A stretch of DNA of 64,000 nucleotides from assembly GCA_963727485.1 (NCBI GenBank), contig CAVSGM010000003.1, positions 32,001 through 96,000 of the forward strand, given 5' to 3'. This document shows, piece after piece, positions 9,376-18,989 of this stretch; position 1 is the first letter of the stretch; each line of letters opens with the position of its first letter. Under the pieces are notes generated by a model that saw only the letters and a list, made by a program, of their open reading frames with translations, did no database searches and had not been told where the DNA came from. The position numbers and the translations under genes were made by a program. This DNA is from an uncultured delta proteobacterium. GTDB lineage: Bacteria; Myxococcota; Myxococcia; SLRQ01.

Positions 9376-10436
9376 CTACCGCCCCTTGCGCCGCGCCCGG
9401 CTCAAGGCGTGCACCGCGTCGACCATCGCCTTGGCGTGGTCGGGCTCGGTCGGCGGCAGGATCCCGTGCCCGAGGTTGAACACGTGCCCGGGGGCGTCGC
9501 CGGCCTCGTCGAGGATCCCCGCACCCGCTTCTCGATCTCCGGGATCGGCGCGAAGAGCGTGCAGGGGTCGAGGTTCCCCTGCACCGCGGCCCGGCCGCCG
9601 ATGCGCCGGCGCGCCTCGCCGAGCGGCACCCGCCAGTCCACCGAGAGCACGTCGGCGCCGCTCTCGAGCATGGGCTCGATGAGCGCCGCCGACTCGCCCA
9701 CGAAGTAGATCACCGGGACGTCGTCGGCGTTGAGCTGGGCGATGACCTTCTGCACGTAGGGCAGGGCGTAGGCCCGGAAGTCGGGGACCGAGAGCGCGCC
9801 GCCCCAGGAGTCGAAGAGCTGCACCGCCTGGGCCCCGGCCTCGATCTGGGCGTTGAGGTAGAGCGCGGTGGTGTCGGCGATCTTGTCGAGGAGCGCCCGG
9901 TAGGTCGCCGGCGACTCGTACATCAGGGTCTTGAGGTGGATGAAGTTGCGGCTGGTGCCGCCCTCGACCATGTAGCTCGCGAGCGTGAAGGGCGCGCCGG
10001 CGAAGCCGATGAGCGGCACCCGGCCCTGGAGGCGGCGGCGGATGAGCCGGACCGCGTCCATCACGAAGCCGGTGGTCTCCACCGGGTCGGGGACGCCGAG
10101 CTTCTCCACGTCGCCGGGGCCGCGGACCGGGGGCTCCAGGGTCGGCGGGCCGCCCTCGAAGGCCAGGGTCTGCCCCATGGCCTCGCAGGGGACGAGGATG
10201 TCCGAGAAGAGGATCGCCGCGTCGACCCCGAGGCGCTCCACCGGCTGGAGGGTGACCTCGGCGGCGAGCTCCGGGGTCTTGCACACCTCGAGGAAGCTCG
10301 CCCGGGCGCGGACGGCCCGGTACTCGGGGAGGAACCGGCCCGCCTGGCGCATCATCCACACCGGGGTGAAGTCGGTGGGCAGGCCGAAGCAGGCGCGGAG
10401 GAAGGCGTGGGAGGGCTCGATGCGGGGCTGTCGCAC
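9376..10436 (-). CDS. hemE: Uroporphyrinogen decarboxylase (1-nt frameshift at the C-run ~9517-9520, likely sequencing error)
   Basis: PVWMMRQAGR, AAILFSDIL, GFAGAPFTLASY, QLFDSW, QGNLDP; HVFNLGHGI continues in the adjacent frame to the stop at 9376. Confidence 0.93.
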
Positions 10437-10569
10437 GGGGCGACCCTAGACGAGCCCGGGCCCCCCGGCAATATCCCCGTGCGGCCGGCGCCCGGGCCCC
10501 GGCTGCCGCCCGCTCGAACCTTGCGCGAGGCGGGAGACGGGCCGACCGTGTCGCAGTAGGCTCTGCGAC

Positions 10570-12158
10570 ATGGACTGCGACTACCTCATCGTCGGCTCGG
10601 GCTTCGGGGGCAGCGTCAGCGGCCTGCGCCTGGTGGAGAAGGGCTACAAGGTCCTGATGCTGGAGAAGGGCCGGCGCTTCGGCCCCGAGGACTTCCCCGA
10701 GACCAACTGGGACCTCAAGCGCTGGCTGTGGCGCCCGGAGGTCGGGTGGCGCGGCCTGTTCAAGATGACCTTCCTCCGCCACGTCACCGTGCTCTCCGGG
10801 GTCGGCGTCGGGGGCGGGTCGCTGGTCTACGCCAACACCCTCCCGGTCCCCGAGGACGACTTCTTCGAGTCGGCGAGCTGGGCCCACCTGGACCAGTGGA
10901 AGGACGCCCTCGCCCCCCACTACCAGACCGCCCGCCGGATGCTCGGCGCCGTCACGAACCCCAACACCACCTACCCCGACGAGATCATCCGCGAGATCGG
11001 GAAGGACCTCGGCCGCGAGGACACCTTCCGGCCCACCAACGTCGCCGTGTACTTCGGGACGCCGGGGACCACCGTCCCCGACCCGTTCTTCGACGGCGAG
11101 GGCCCCGAGCGCGCCGGGTGCATCCAGTGCGGCGGGTGCATGCTCGGCTGCCGCTACAACGCCAAGAACACCCTGGACAAGAACTACCTCTACCTCGCCG
11201 AGAAGAAGGGCCTCGAGATCCACCCGGACACCGAGGTCACGAACGTCCGGCCCCTCGACGGCGGGGGCTACGAGATCACCGCCCGGGAGGGCGCCTCGCG
11301 CTTCGGCCGGCAGACCCGGACCTTCACCGCCGGCAACGTGATCTTCTCCGGCGGGGTCCTCGGGACCGTGCCGCTCCTCCTCCAGCTCAAGGACGACCCC
11401 GAGGCGCTGCCGAGGCTCTCCGATCGCCTCGGCGACTTCGTGCGCACCAACTCCGAGGCGCTCCTCGGCGTCGTCACCCGCAGGCGCGACCGGGACCTCT
11501 CCCAGGGCATCGCCATCGGCTCCATCGTCCACACCGACGACCACAGCCACCTGGAGCCGGTGCGCTACCCGGCGGGCGCCGGCTTCTTCCGCCTCATGGG
11601 CACCCCCCACTCCCGGGGTCGACCCTCCCCGGGCGCCTGTGGAGCGCCTTCAAGGCCGCGGTCCGCCACCCCTTGAGGCTCCTCGGCGCCTACCTCGTCC
11701 CCGACTGGGCCAAGTACACGATGATCCTCCTCTACATGCGGACGCTCGAGGGGCACCTGTCCATTCGCCTCGGCCGCAGCCTCCGCTCCGCCTTCGGGCG
11801 CGGCCTCGTGACCCGGGTCGACGCCGGCACCGCGCCCACCGCCTCCATCCCCGAGGCCACCGACCTCGCCCATAGGGTCGCCGAGAAGATCGACGGCGTC
11901 CCCATGAGCCTCGCCCCGGAGACGATCTTCGGCACCCCGACCACGGCCCACATCCTCGGGGGCTGCGCCATGGGCGCCGACGCCTCCGAGGGGGTCATCG
12001 ACGCCCGGCACCGGGTGTTCGGCTACGACGGGCTCTTTGTCATCGACGGCTCGGCGATATCCGCCAACCCCGGGGTGAACCCGTCGCTGACCATCACCGC
12101 GCTGGCCGAGCGGGCCATGACCTTCATCCCCGAGAAGGGCGCCGGCGACGCCCCGTAG
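10570..12158 (+). CDS. GMC oxidoreductase, cholesterol oxidase (ChoD)-like (frameshift ~11610)
   Basis: IVGSGFGGSVS, GVGGGSLVYAN, CxxCGGCMLGC, KNTLDKNYL; second frame has TAHILGGC and NPGVNPSLTITALAE. Confidence 0.85.
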
Positions 12159-12193
12159 GACGCCGCCGGCGGGCCCGGTTCAGGGGGCGGGCG

Positions 12194-14464
12194 CTACTGG
12201 CAGGACGCCGTGTTCCTTGTGGAGCAGACGCTGCTGCTGCCGCCACCGGTTACGACGATCACGCAGCACGAGCTCCCCGACTGGTTGCACCGGTTGCACA
12301 TCCCAGAGCTGTTGCAGTAGCCGCTGGCGCCGCAGTCCGTCAGGTTGCAGGCCGTGCCGGCCGGCGCGGTCCCGCGGTTGCACCCGCCGCTGCCGTCACA
12401 CGTGGCGGTCTGGCAGGTCCCAGGGACGCAGGTGTAGGCCGTGCCGGCGCAGGTCCCGCCGGTGCACACGTCGTTCTTGGTGCACGCGTTCCCGTCGTCG
12501 CAGGTGGTGCCGTTGGTGACGCTCGACCAGCTCGTGGTGGAGATCGACGGGGCGCACACCTGGCAGGCGTTGCTGGGGTTGGCGGTGGTGGCGGTGTAGT
12601 AGCTGCCGCTGATGTAGCAGCCGGTCTTGCAGGTCCCGCTGGTGCACACCTGGCCCGCCCCGCAGCTCGTCCCGTTCGGGGAGCTCGGGTAGGTGCAGGT
12701 GCCGGAGGTGGTGTTGCAGGTGGCGCCGTTGGTGGTGTGGCAGGTGGTCGGCGCGTTGCAGCTCACCGGGGCGGTGGTCTGCTGGCAGGTGCCGGTCTGG
12801 CAGGTGTTCACGCCGTTGCAGAGGTTCCCGTCGTCGCAGTTGGTGCCGTTGGACTTGTTGCTCCAGCCGGTGGTGCTGCGGGTCGGGTCACAGACCTGGC
12901 AGACGTTGCTGGGGTTGGTGTTGCCCGAGGCGTAGAGCTGCCCGCCGATGTAGCAGTCGGCGGTGCAGGCGCCCGACCCGTCGCAGACCTTTCCGGAGGC
13001 GCAGGCGGTCCCGGCCGGCTGGTAGGGGTGGCCGCAGGTGCCGTTGGCGTTGCAGAGGTCCTGGGTGCACGCGTTCCCGTCGCTGGCGCAGGCATCGCCG
13101 GTGGTGCTCCGGGAGCAGCTCGCGGTGTTGGTGGAGTTGCTCCCGGCGCAGGTCCCGGCGCTGCAGGCGTAGGTGGTGCAGGTCTGGGACTTGGTGCCGG
13201 TCTGGGTGCAGGTGTTGGCGTAGGTGCAGCTGCCGTAGGCGCCGCAGGAGCCGCTCCGGCAGGTGGTGCCGTCCGCCACGTTCGACCATCCGGTGGTGCT
13301 CGTCGCCGGGTCGCAGACCTCGCAGTTGTTGGCCGGGTTGCCGGCGGCGCCGGCCACGAGCTGGCCGTTGATCAAGCAGTCCGACACGCAGGTGCCGGTC
13401 GCGTTGCAGATCTGGCCGCTGGCGCAGGCGGTCCCGGCCGACCTGGCCGCGTGGGTGCAGGTGCCGCTGGTGCAGACGTCGCTGGTGCAGGCGTTTCCAT
13501 CGCTGGCACAGGCGGTGCCGTCCGTCACGCTGCTCCAGGCGCTGGCGCTGGTGGCCACGTTGCAGGCCTGGCAGGCGTTGTTGGGGTTGGCCTGGCCGTC
13601 CGGGTGGAAGGTGCCGTTGATGGTGCAGCCCTGGCTGCACTGGCCGCTGCCGTCGCACTGGCCCGAGGTGCCGCAAGCAGTCCCCGCCGACATGGCCGGG
13701 TGGGTGCAGGTGCCGCTGGTGCAGACGTTGGCGGTGCAGTCGTTGCCGTCGCTGGCGCAGGCGGTGTTGTCCGCCGCGAAGCTCCAGGCGGTGGTGCTGG
13801 TGGCCACGGTGCAGACCTGGCAGGCGTCGTTGGGATTGGCCTGGCCGTCCGGGTAGAAGGTCCCGGCGATGGTGCAGCCCTGGCTGCACTGGCCGCTGGC
13901 GTCGCACTGACCCGAGGTGCCGCAGGCGGTGCCCTGGGCGGACGCCGGGTGGCTGCACTGGCCGTTGCCGTCGCACTGGTCGTCGGTGCACGCGTTTCCG
14001 TCGTCAGCGCACGCGGTGCCCGAGGCCGCCGGCGACCAGTCGCCGAGGCTGGTCGCCGGGTCGCAGGCCTGGCAGGCGTTGGTGGGGTCGACGGCGCCGG
14101 CCTGGTAGAACGCGCCGCCGATGAAGCAGCCGCTCTGGCAGCTCCCGCTCGTGCACACGCTGTCGGTGCCACAGGCGGTGCCGTCGGCGCAGGGGCCGCA
14201 GTCGCTGACCGGGGCCGTGCCGCAGGTGGTGCCCCCGTCGGGCTGGCCCGAGGTCGAAGTGGCGCAGGTGCCGCTCTGGCAGGTCAGCCCGCTGTTGCAG
14301 GGGTTGGTGGCGCTGCAGGCCGCGCCCACGCCGTGACCCGCCGCCGGGGGGCTGGGAGGCGTCTGGCCGCAGCCCTGCGCGGCGAGCACGCCGAGGGCGA
14401 GCCCGACCAGGGCCGTGAACGAGATGGAGAGAAGGTGTCCCGACCGGCGCTTCGTGGTGCCCAT
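12194..14464 (-). CDS. Cys/Thr-rich repeat lipoprotein (756 aa)
   Basis: LAAQGC lipobox-like signal; six CxIxG..NPxNxCQxCDP..WS modules, CDDGNACT repeats and one TSP1-like unit; two ~80-aa near-duplicate units. Confidence 0.85.
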   Translation of the reverse strand: MGTTKRRSGHLLSISFTALVGLALGVLAAQGCGQTPPSPPAAGHGVGAACSATNPCNSGLTCQSGTCATSTSGQPDGGTTCGTAPVSDCGPCADGTACGTDSVCTSGSCQSGCFIGGAFYQAGAVDPTNACQACDPATSLGDWSPAASGTACADDGNACTDDQCDGNGQCSHPASAQGTACGTSGQCDASGQCSQGCTIAGTFYPDGQANPNDACQVCTVATSTTAWSFAADNTACASDGNDCTANVCTSGTCTHPAMSAGTACGTSGQCDGSGQCSQGCTINGTFHPDGQANPNNACQACNVATSASAWSSVTDGTACASDGNACTSDVCTSGTCTHAARSAGTACASGQICNATGTCVSDCLINGQLVAGAAGNPANNCEVCDPATSTTGWSNVADGTTCRSGSCGAYGSCTYANTCTQTGTKSQTCTTYACSAGTCAGSNSTNTASCSRSTTGDACASDGNACTQDLCNANGTCGHPYQPAGTACASGKVCDGSGACTADCYIGGQLYASGNTNPSNVCQVCDPTRSTTGWSNKSNGTNCDDGNLCNGVNTCQTGTCQQTTAPVSCNAPTTCHTTNGATCNTTSGTCTYPSSPNGTSCGAGQVCTSGTCKTGCYISGSYYTATTANPSNACQVCAPSISTTSWSSVTNGTTCDDGNACTKNDVCTGGTCAGTAYTCVPGTCQTATCDGSGGCNRGTAPAGTACNLTDCGASGYCNSSGMCNRCNQSGSSCCVIVVTGGGSSSVCSTRNTASCQ

Positions 14465-14619
14465 GGGCGATTTCCTCTGCCGCTGGAATGTTGCACAAAT
14501 GCTAGAATAACCCTAAAACAAAATACCCATATCAGGTCGGGCCGGGCTCGACAAATGATCCAGGTCAGCAACCGGCGAGGAAGCGCCGATCCTGGACCGG
14601 CGCCGGGGACCCGCGGGCG

Positions 14620-16368
14620 CTAGAGGCACACGCCGGCGACGGGATCGGTGCAGGTGCCGCTGACCGACGAGCAGCACGCCCCCGGCGCCCCCGCGGCGGC
14701 GCAGGCGACACACTCCCCGTCGCGGCAGGCGCCGTCGCTGCAGGCGGCGGGCTCGCAGGCCGCGCCGTCGGGCGCCGGCGTGGAGACGCACCCGCCGCTG
14801 CCGTCGCAGGCGATGGCCTGGACGCAGGTGCCCGGCCGCGCATCGGGGCAGCGGTAGGCCTCTCCCGCGCACCGGCCGTGGTCGCACCGGTCGCCCTCGG
14901 TGCAGGGGTCGCCGTCGTCGCAGGCGGTCCCCGCGGGCGCGCGCAGGTGGTGGCACTTGCCCTTGCCGTCGCAGGTCACCGCGACCTCGCACTCGGTGGG
15001 CGCCGGGCAGCTGTAGGCCCGGCCGCCGCAGACCCCGTCGGTGCACACGTCGTCCCGGGTGCAGGGGTCGCCATCGTCACAGTGGGTGCCGTCGCGCTTG
15101 GGGGTCCCGAGGCAGCCTCCCTGGCCGTCGCAGGCGACCGACTTCTCGCAGGGGTTGTCGGGGCAGGCGTAGGCCTGGCCCGAGCAGGCGCCGCCGCCGC
15201 AGCGGTCGTCGGCCGTGCAGGCGTTCCCGTCGTCGCAGGCGGCGCCGTCCTGGGTGCCCCGGCTGCAGGCCCGGGTCTGAAGGTGGGCGCGGTCGGAGAC
15301 GCAGGTCCCGGCGGCGCACACCAGGGGGGCGCAGCCTCGGGTCTGTTCGCCGTCGCTGGCGCAGGCGTCGGGGAAGACGCAGTCGGACCAGCCCCCGCAC
15401 AGGTCGGCCCCGCACCGCGCCCCGTTGGAGGCGGCGCTCCAGGCGGCGGTGGCGCTCGTCGCCCGGCAGACCTGGCAGGGGTTCTCGGGGTTGGGGGCGC
15501 CGTCGTCGTGGAAGGTGCCCAGGATCACGCACCCGGCGGCGCAGCGGCCGGCGCCGTCGCAGATGCGGCCCCCGGCCCCGCAGGCGGTGCCGGCGGGGCC
15601 GGGCGACCAGGTGGTGGGGCTCCGCGTGGTGTCGCAGCGCTGGCAGGCATTCGCCGGGTTCGGGGCGCCGTCGGCGACCCCCACGCCCTGGATGAGGCAG
15701 CGGGCGCTGCAGGTGCCCGCTCCGTCGCAGGCCCCCAGCTCGCCGCAGGGCGCGCCGGCGCTCGCCGCCTCGTGCCCACAGGTCCCCGCGACGCACCGGT
15801 CCACGGTGCAGGGGTTCCCGTCGTCGGGGCAGGCGGTGCCGTCGGCGTCCACGGTCCAGGCGGCGGTGTCGACGCGGACGTCGCAGCGCTGGCAGGGGTC
15901 TTCGGGGTCGGGGTCGCCGTCGGCGTGGAGCACCCCGGCGATGAGGCAGGCGGCGGCGCAGGCCCCGCCGCTGCACACCCCGTCCGCGCAGGGCGTGCCC
16001 TCGGGGACCGGCGAGAACCGGGTCGTCGACCGCGCCGGGTCGCAGACCAGGCAGCGGTCCGCCGGATCCTCCTCGTCCGCCGCGAACACCGCTGCGTCCA
16101 CCAGGCAGCCGGGCAGGCACCGGCCGCCGCCGCAGAGGCACTGGCCGCCGCGGCAGGCCGCGGTGCCGTCGTCGCAGGCGGTGCCGTCGTCACAGGTCCC
16201 GCACGCCGCCACCGGGACCACCTCGCAGGTCGCCCCACCGTCCTCGCCCCCGTCGGCGGGGTGGTGGATGGTCGGCAGGGCGCAGGCCCCGACCAGGACG
16301 AGGACCGTCGCCCACAGGACCGGGACGGTCCGGGTCCTCTCACGCACCAGACTTCGCGTCGGCTCCAT
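14620..16368 (-). CDS. Cys-rich repeat lipoprotein (582 aa)
   Basis: LVGAC lipobox; the same modules plus CDDGNACT/CDDGDPCT repeats. Confidence 0.8.
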   Translation of the reverse strand: MEPTRSLVRERTRTVPVLWATVLVLVGACALPTIHHPADGGEDGGATCEVVPVAACGTCDDGTACDDGTAACRGGQCLCGGGRCLPGCLVDAAVFAADEEDPADRCLVCDPARSTTRFSPVPEGTPCADGVCSGGACAAACLIAGVLHADGDPDPEDPCQRCDVRVDTAAWTVDADGTACPDDGNPCTVDRCVAGTCGHEAASAGAPCGELGACDGAGTCSARCLIQGVGVADGAPNPANACQRCDTTRSPTTWSPGPAGTACGAGGRICDGAGRCAAGCVILGTFHDDGAPNPENPCQVCRATSATAAWSAASNGARCGADLCGGWSDCVFPDACASDGEQTRGCAPLVCAAGTCVSDRAHLQTRACSRGTQDGAACDDGNACTADDRCGGGACSGQAYACPDNPCEKSVACDGQGGCLGTPKRDGTHCDDGDPCTRDDVCTDGVCGGRAYSCPAPTECEVAVTCDGKGKCHHLRAPAGTACDDGDPCTEGDRCDHGRCAGEAYRCPDARPGTCVQAIACDGSGGCVSTPAPDGAACEPAACSDGACRDGECVACAAAGAPGACCSSVSGTCTDPVAGVCL

Positions 16369-16467
16369 CGCCCCCCCGGGTCTACGGGGAGGTAGGCGCG
16401 CCCTACGGCGGCCGCCAGCCGGGCGAACCCCTCAGGGAAGCGCTCCTCTGGGGGACATCGCCGGGTG

Positions 16468-17667
16468 TTAGAAGGGCAGGCGCCCGGCGGCCACGACCAT
16501 GGCGCCCCCGGGCACCGGCGCCACCGAGAGGGCCGCGTCGGGGCCCGAGGCCGGCGCGGCCTGCCCGTGGCCCACCAGGAGCAGGACGCCCCCGGCCACC
16601 GCCAGGGCCCCGCCGCCGATGAAGAGCCCGGTGGCGAGCTGGGCGTGGGCGACGGCCGCGGCGCCCACCTGCTGGGCGTGGGTCGAGGAGCCGAGCTTCG
16701 TCGGGTCCCCGTTGTAGAGGGCGGCCTCGTTCTGGGCCTGGACCTCGAAGAGGGTCCCGGCACCGAGGGCCACCACCCCGGCGCCTCCGGCGATCCAGCC
16801 GGCGAGCATCAGGCCGTGGCCCGGGTGGGGCGCGGGCGGCGCGGTGGCGCCGGGCGGGGCGCGGTGCGCCGCGGTGGACGCGGTGGCGCCGGGCGGGGCG
16901 CGGTGCGCCGCGGCGGGGTGGGACGCCGGTGGGGGGGCGACGGCGAGCTCCCCGTGGGCGCCGTGCGCCGCCGGCGACGCCTCGGCCTTCGGCGGCCCGG
17001 GGAGCGCCAGCATCTTCGGCGCCGCCCGGCTCCCGGCGTGGGCGATGGCGAAGCCCGCGGCGTTCTCGGCGGTGACCGCCGCGTCCACGGCCTGGCCCGC
17101 GCCCCCTGGCACCTTCGCCACGAAGTGCCCCTCCCCGCGGCGCGACACCGCGGGGGTCTGCCAGGCGCCGCCGGGGAGGCGCACCGAGAGCACCACCCGG
17201 TGGATCCGGTGCCCCGGGTCGCGGGCGGTGATCACCAGCTCCCCGGGGGCGCCCGCGGGCGCCGAGAGGGCGAGGCTCACCGGCGACAGGTGGAGCCCGG
17301 CCCGGGCGGCCTGCACCGCCCCGGCGAGCTTGGGCGAGAGGTCCGGGGGCGCCGACCACCCGGGGTTCAGGGTCAGCGCCTCGGCGAGGGCCCGCCGGGC
17401 CATTCGCCCCTGGCCCAGGATCACCAGGCACCAGCCCTCGCCGAGGAGGGCCTGGAAGCGCTGGGGCCCGGTGAGGTCCCGGGCCTTCAGGGCCCGGCGG
17501 TAGGCGCGCAGGGCCTTGGCGTACGCGAGGTTCCCGTAGAGGCCCTTGGCGGTGGCCAGGCGCCTGGCCGCCACCGGCCCGCCGGCGTCCCCGGCCCGGG
17601 CCAGGTTCGGACCGAGGGCCAGGGACACGGTGAGGGCGAGGGCTGCGGCGCGGACGAGGGGACGCAT
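16468..17667 (-). CDS. Exported TPR-like protein with Pro/Ala linker and hydrophobic C-terminal region
   Basis: Signal peptide ending ARA; helical N-domain ending ALTLNP..LSPKL; Gly-rich hydrophobic C-terminal segments; ends in F. Confidence 0.65.
   Translation of the reverse strand: MRPLVRAAALALTVSLALGPNLARAGDAGGPVAARRLATAKGLYGNLAYAKALRAYRRALKARDLTGPQRFQALLGEGWCLVILGQGRMARRALAEALTLNPGWSAPPDLSPKLAGAVQAARAGLHLSPVSLALSAPAGAPGELVITARDPGHRIHRVVLSVRLPGGAWQTPAVSRRGEGHFVAKVPGGAGQAVDAAVTAENAAGFAIAHAGSRAAPKMLALPGPPKAEASPAAHGAHGELAVAPPPASHPAAAHRAPPGATASTAAHRAPPGATAPPAPHPGHGLMLAGWIAGGAGVVALGAGTLFEVQAQNEAALYNGDPTKLGSSTHAQQVGAAAVAHAQLATGLFIGGGALAVAGGVLLLVGHGQAAPASGPDAALSVAPVPGGAMVVAAGRLPF
16841..16913. 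repeat. 39-bp tandem duplication encoding AAHRAPPGATA twice
   Basis: Direct repeat visible in DNA and protein. Confidence 0.75.
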
Positions 17668-17726
17668 GGGGGACGGATCCTAACAGGACTCCCGCTGCCG
17701 GTCGCCTTCCCGGCCGGGGACGGGTC

Positions 17727-18971
17727 CTACTCGCGGACGACTTCCACCCGTCGGTTCTGGGAGCGACCCGCTTCGGTGCTGTTGCTGGCGACCGGGCGGC
17801 TGGCGCCGAAGCCCTGGGTGCGCAGCCGTGACGCCGAGATGCCCGCCTTGACCAGGTCGTCCTTGACCGCGGCCGCGCGTTGCTCCGAGAGCCCCTGGTT
17901 GTGGGCCTTCCCGCCGGTGTCGTCGGTGTGCCCCTCGATGAGGAACTTCCAGGCCGGGTGCGCCTTGGCCGTGGCCACCAGCTCGTCGAGGGTGGTCTTG
18001 GACTCGGCCTTCAGGCGGGCGGAGTCCGTGTCGAAGAGGATGCCGTAGAGGCGCGCGCGTCCCTGGCTGGCGAGCTGCGCTTCGACGGCATTGCCACCGG
18101 GCTTCCAATGGGGGCAGGTGCCGACCTGGTGTGACACGCGCTTGCCGTTCCAGACACCATCGAAGCGCTTGTTGCCCGTGTAGGCCCAGAAGCCGCGGAA
18201 GGACTTGCCGTCGGCGGGAAAGATCAGGATGGCCGGCCCGGTGACGTAGTGACCCTTCTTGCCCTCGCGCCAGGTGAAGCGCAACACGCGGCCATCGAAC
18301 CCGCCGTTCTCGATCACGCCTTGCTTGTGCTCGTAGCAGCCGGACACGGTCGCCCCGAGCTGCTGCAGGTGGAAGAGGCCGAAGTCGGAGGTGAAGGTCC
18401 CGGTGTTGTCGGGCGGCGGCGTGTGGGTGAGCTGCCGGCCGAGCGCCGAGAACTCCATCAGCTCGTTGTACTGCGGGTCCCCCCAGTTATCGACGAGGGT
18501 GAGGCGCAGGTAGCGGCCGGTGGCCGGCTTCTTCAGGGTGAAGGTCTGGCCGTCCTTCCGCTTGTCCAGGGTGGCGCTGAGGATCCGGACGTACCCGGAG
18601 TCCTGGTGCGCGGAGATCTCGACGCGCACGTGCCTGGCGGATCGCGTCGGACGCTCGGTGTGGGCGGTGTCGAAGACCAGGCGGTCGATGCGGCTGCGTT
18701 CGGCGAGCTCGAAGACGAAGGTCTTGGGCGTCAGATCGCCCGCTGGCGACGCCCAGCCGGTGTTCGGATCCTCGTCCTGCAGGTCCATCGGGGCCCAGTT
18801 GCCCGGGGCCGTGCCGTAGGACGGTGGCCGCTTCACCGCCAGGGTCCCGGCCCCCAGGGCCAGGAGGTTCGTCGACTTGGCCGGCGGGGTCCCTGCCGTC
18901 GCCGGCGAGGCCACAATCAGGAGAACGCCAACGAGCACGCCGCCAATTGCGTCACGGAGCAAAGGCTTCAC
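17727..18971 (-). CDS. Exported discoidin (F5/8-type C)-like + OmpA C-terminal peptidoglycan-binding domain protein
   Basis: Signal peptide; TGWAS..GRYLRLTLVDNWG..ELMEF; ILFDTDSA, IEGHTD, NQGLSEQRA, NRRVE. Confidence 0.85.
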   Translation of the reverse strand: MKPLLRDAIGGVLVGVLLIVASPATAGTPPAKSTNLLALGAGTLAVKRPPSYGTAPGNWAPMDLQDEDPNTGWASPAGDLTPKTFVFELAERSRIDRLVFDTAHTERPTRSARHVRVEISAHQDSGYVRILSATLDKRKDGQTFTLKKPATGRYLRLTLVDNWGDPQYNELMEFSALGRQLTHTPPPDNTGTFTSDFGLFHLQQLGATVSGCYEHKQGVIENGGFDGRVLRFTWREGKKGHYVTGPAILIFPADGKSFRGFWAYTGNKRFDGVWNGKRVSHQVGTCPHWKPGGNAVEAQLASQGRARLYGILFDTDSARLKAESKTTLDELVATAKAHPAWKFLIEGHTDDTGGKAHNQGLSEQRAAAVKDDLVKAGISASRLRTQGFGASRPVASNSTEAGRSQNRRVEVVRE

Positions 18972-18989
18972 GGGCCACCCCCTCTTGGA

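Noticed and set aside
58..11610. Long Arg/Pro/Gly-rich or antisense ORFs (e.g. 58-2457, 2403-4403, 7775-9307, the 5' parts of 2328-5900 and 9376-11610) and similar ones across the window
   Set aside because: Shadow ORFs expected from stop-codon scarcity in high-GC DNA; they overlap genes with clear motifs
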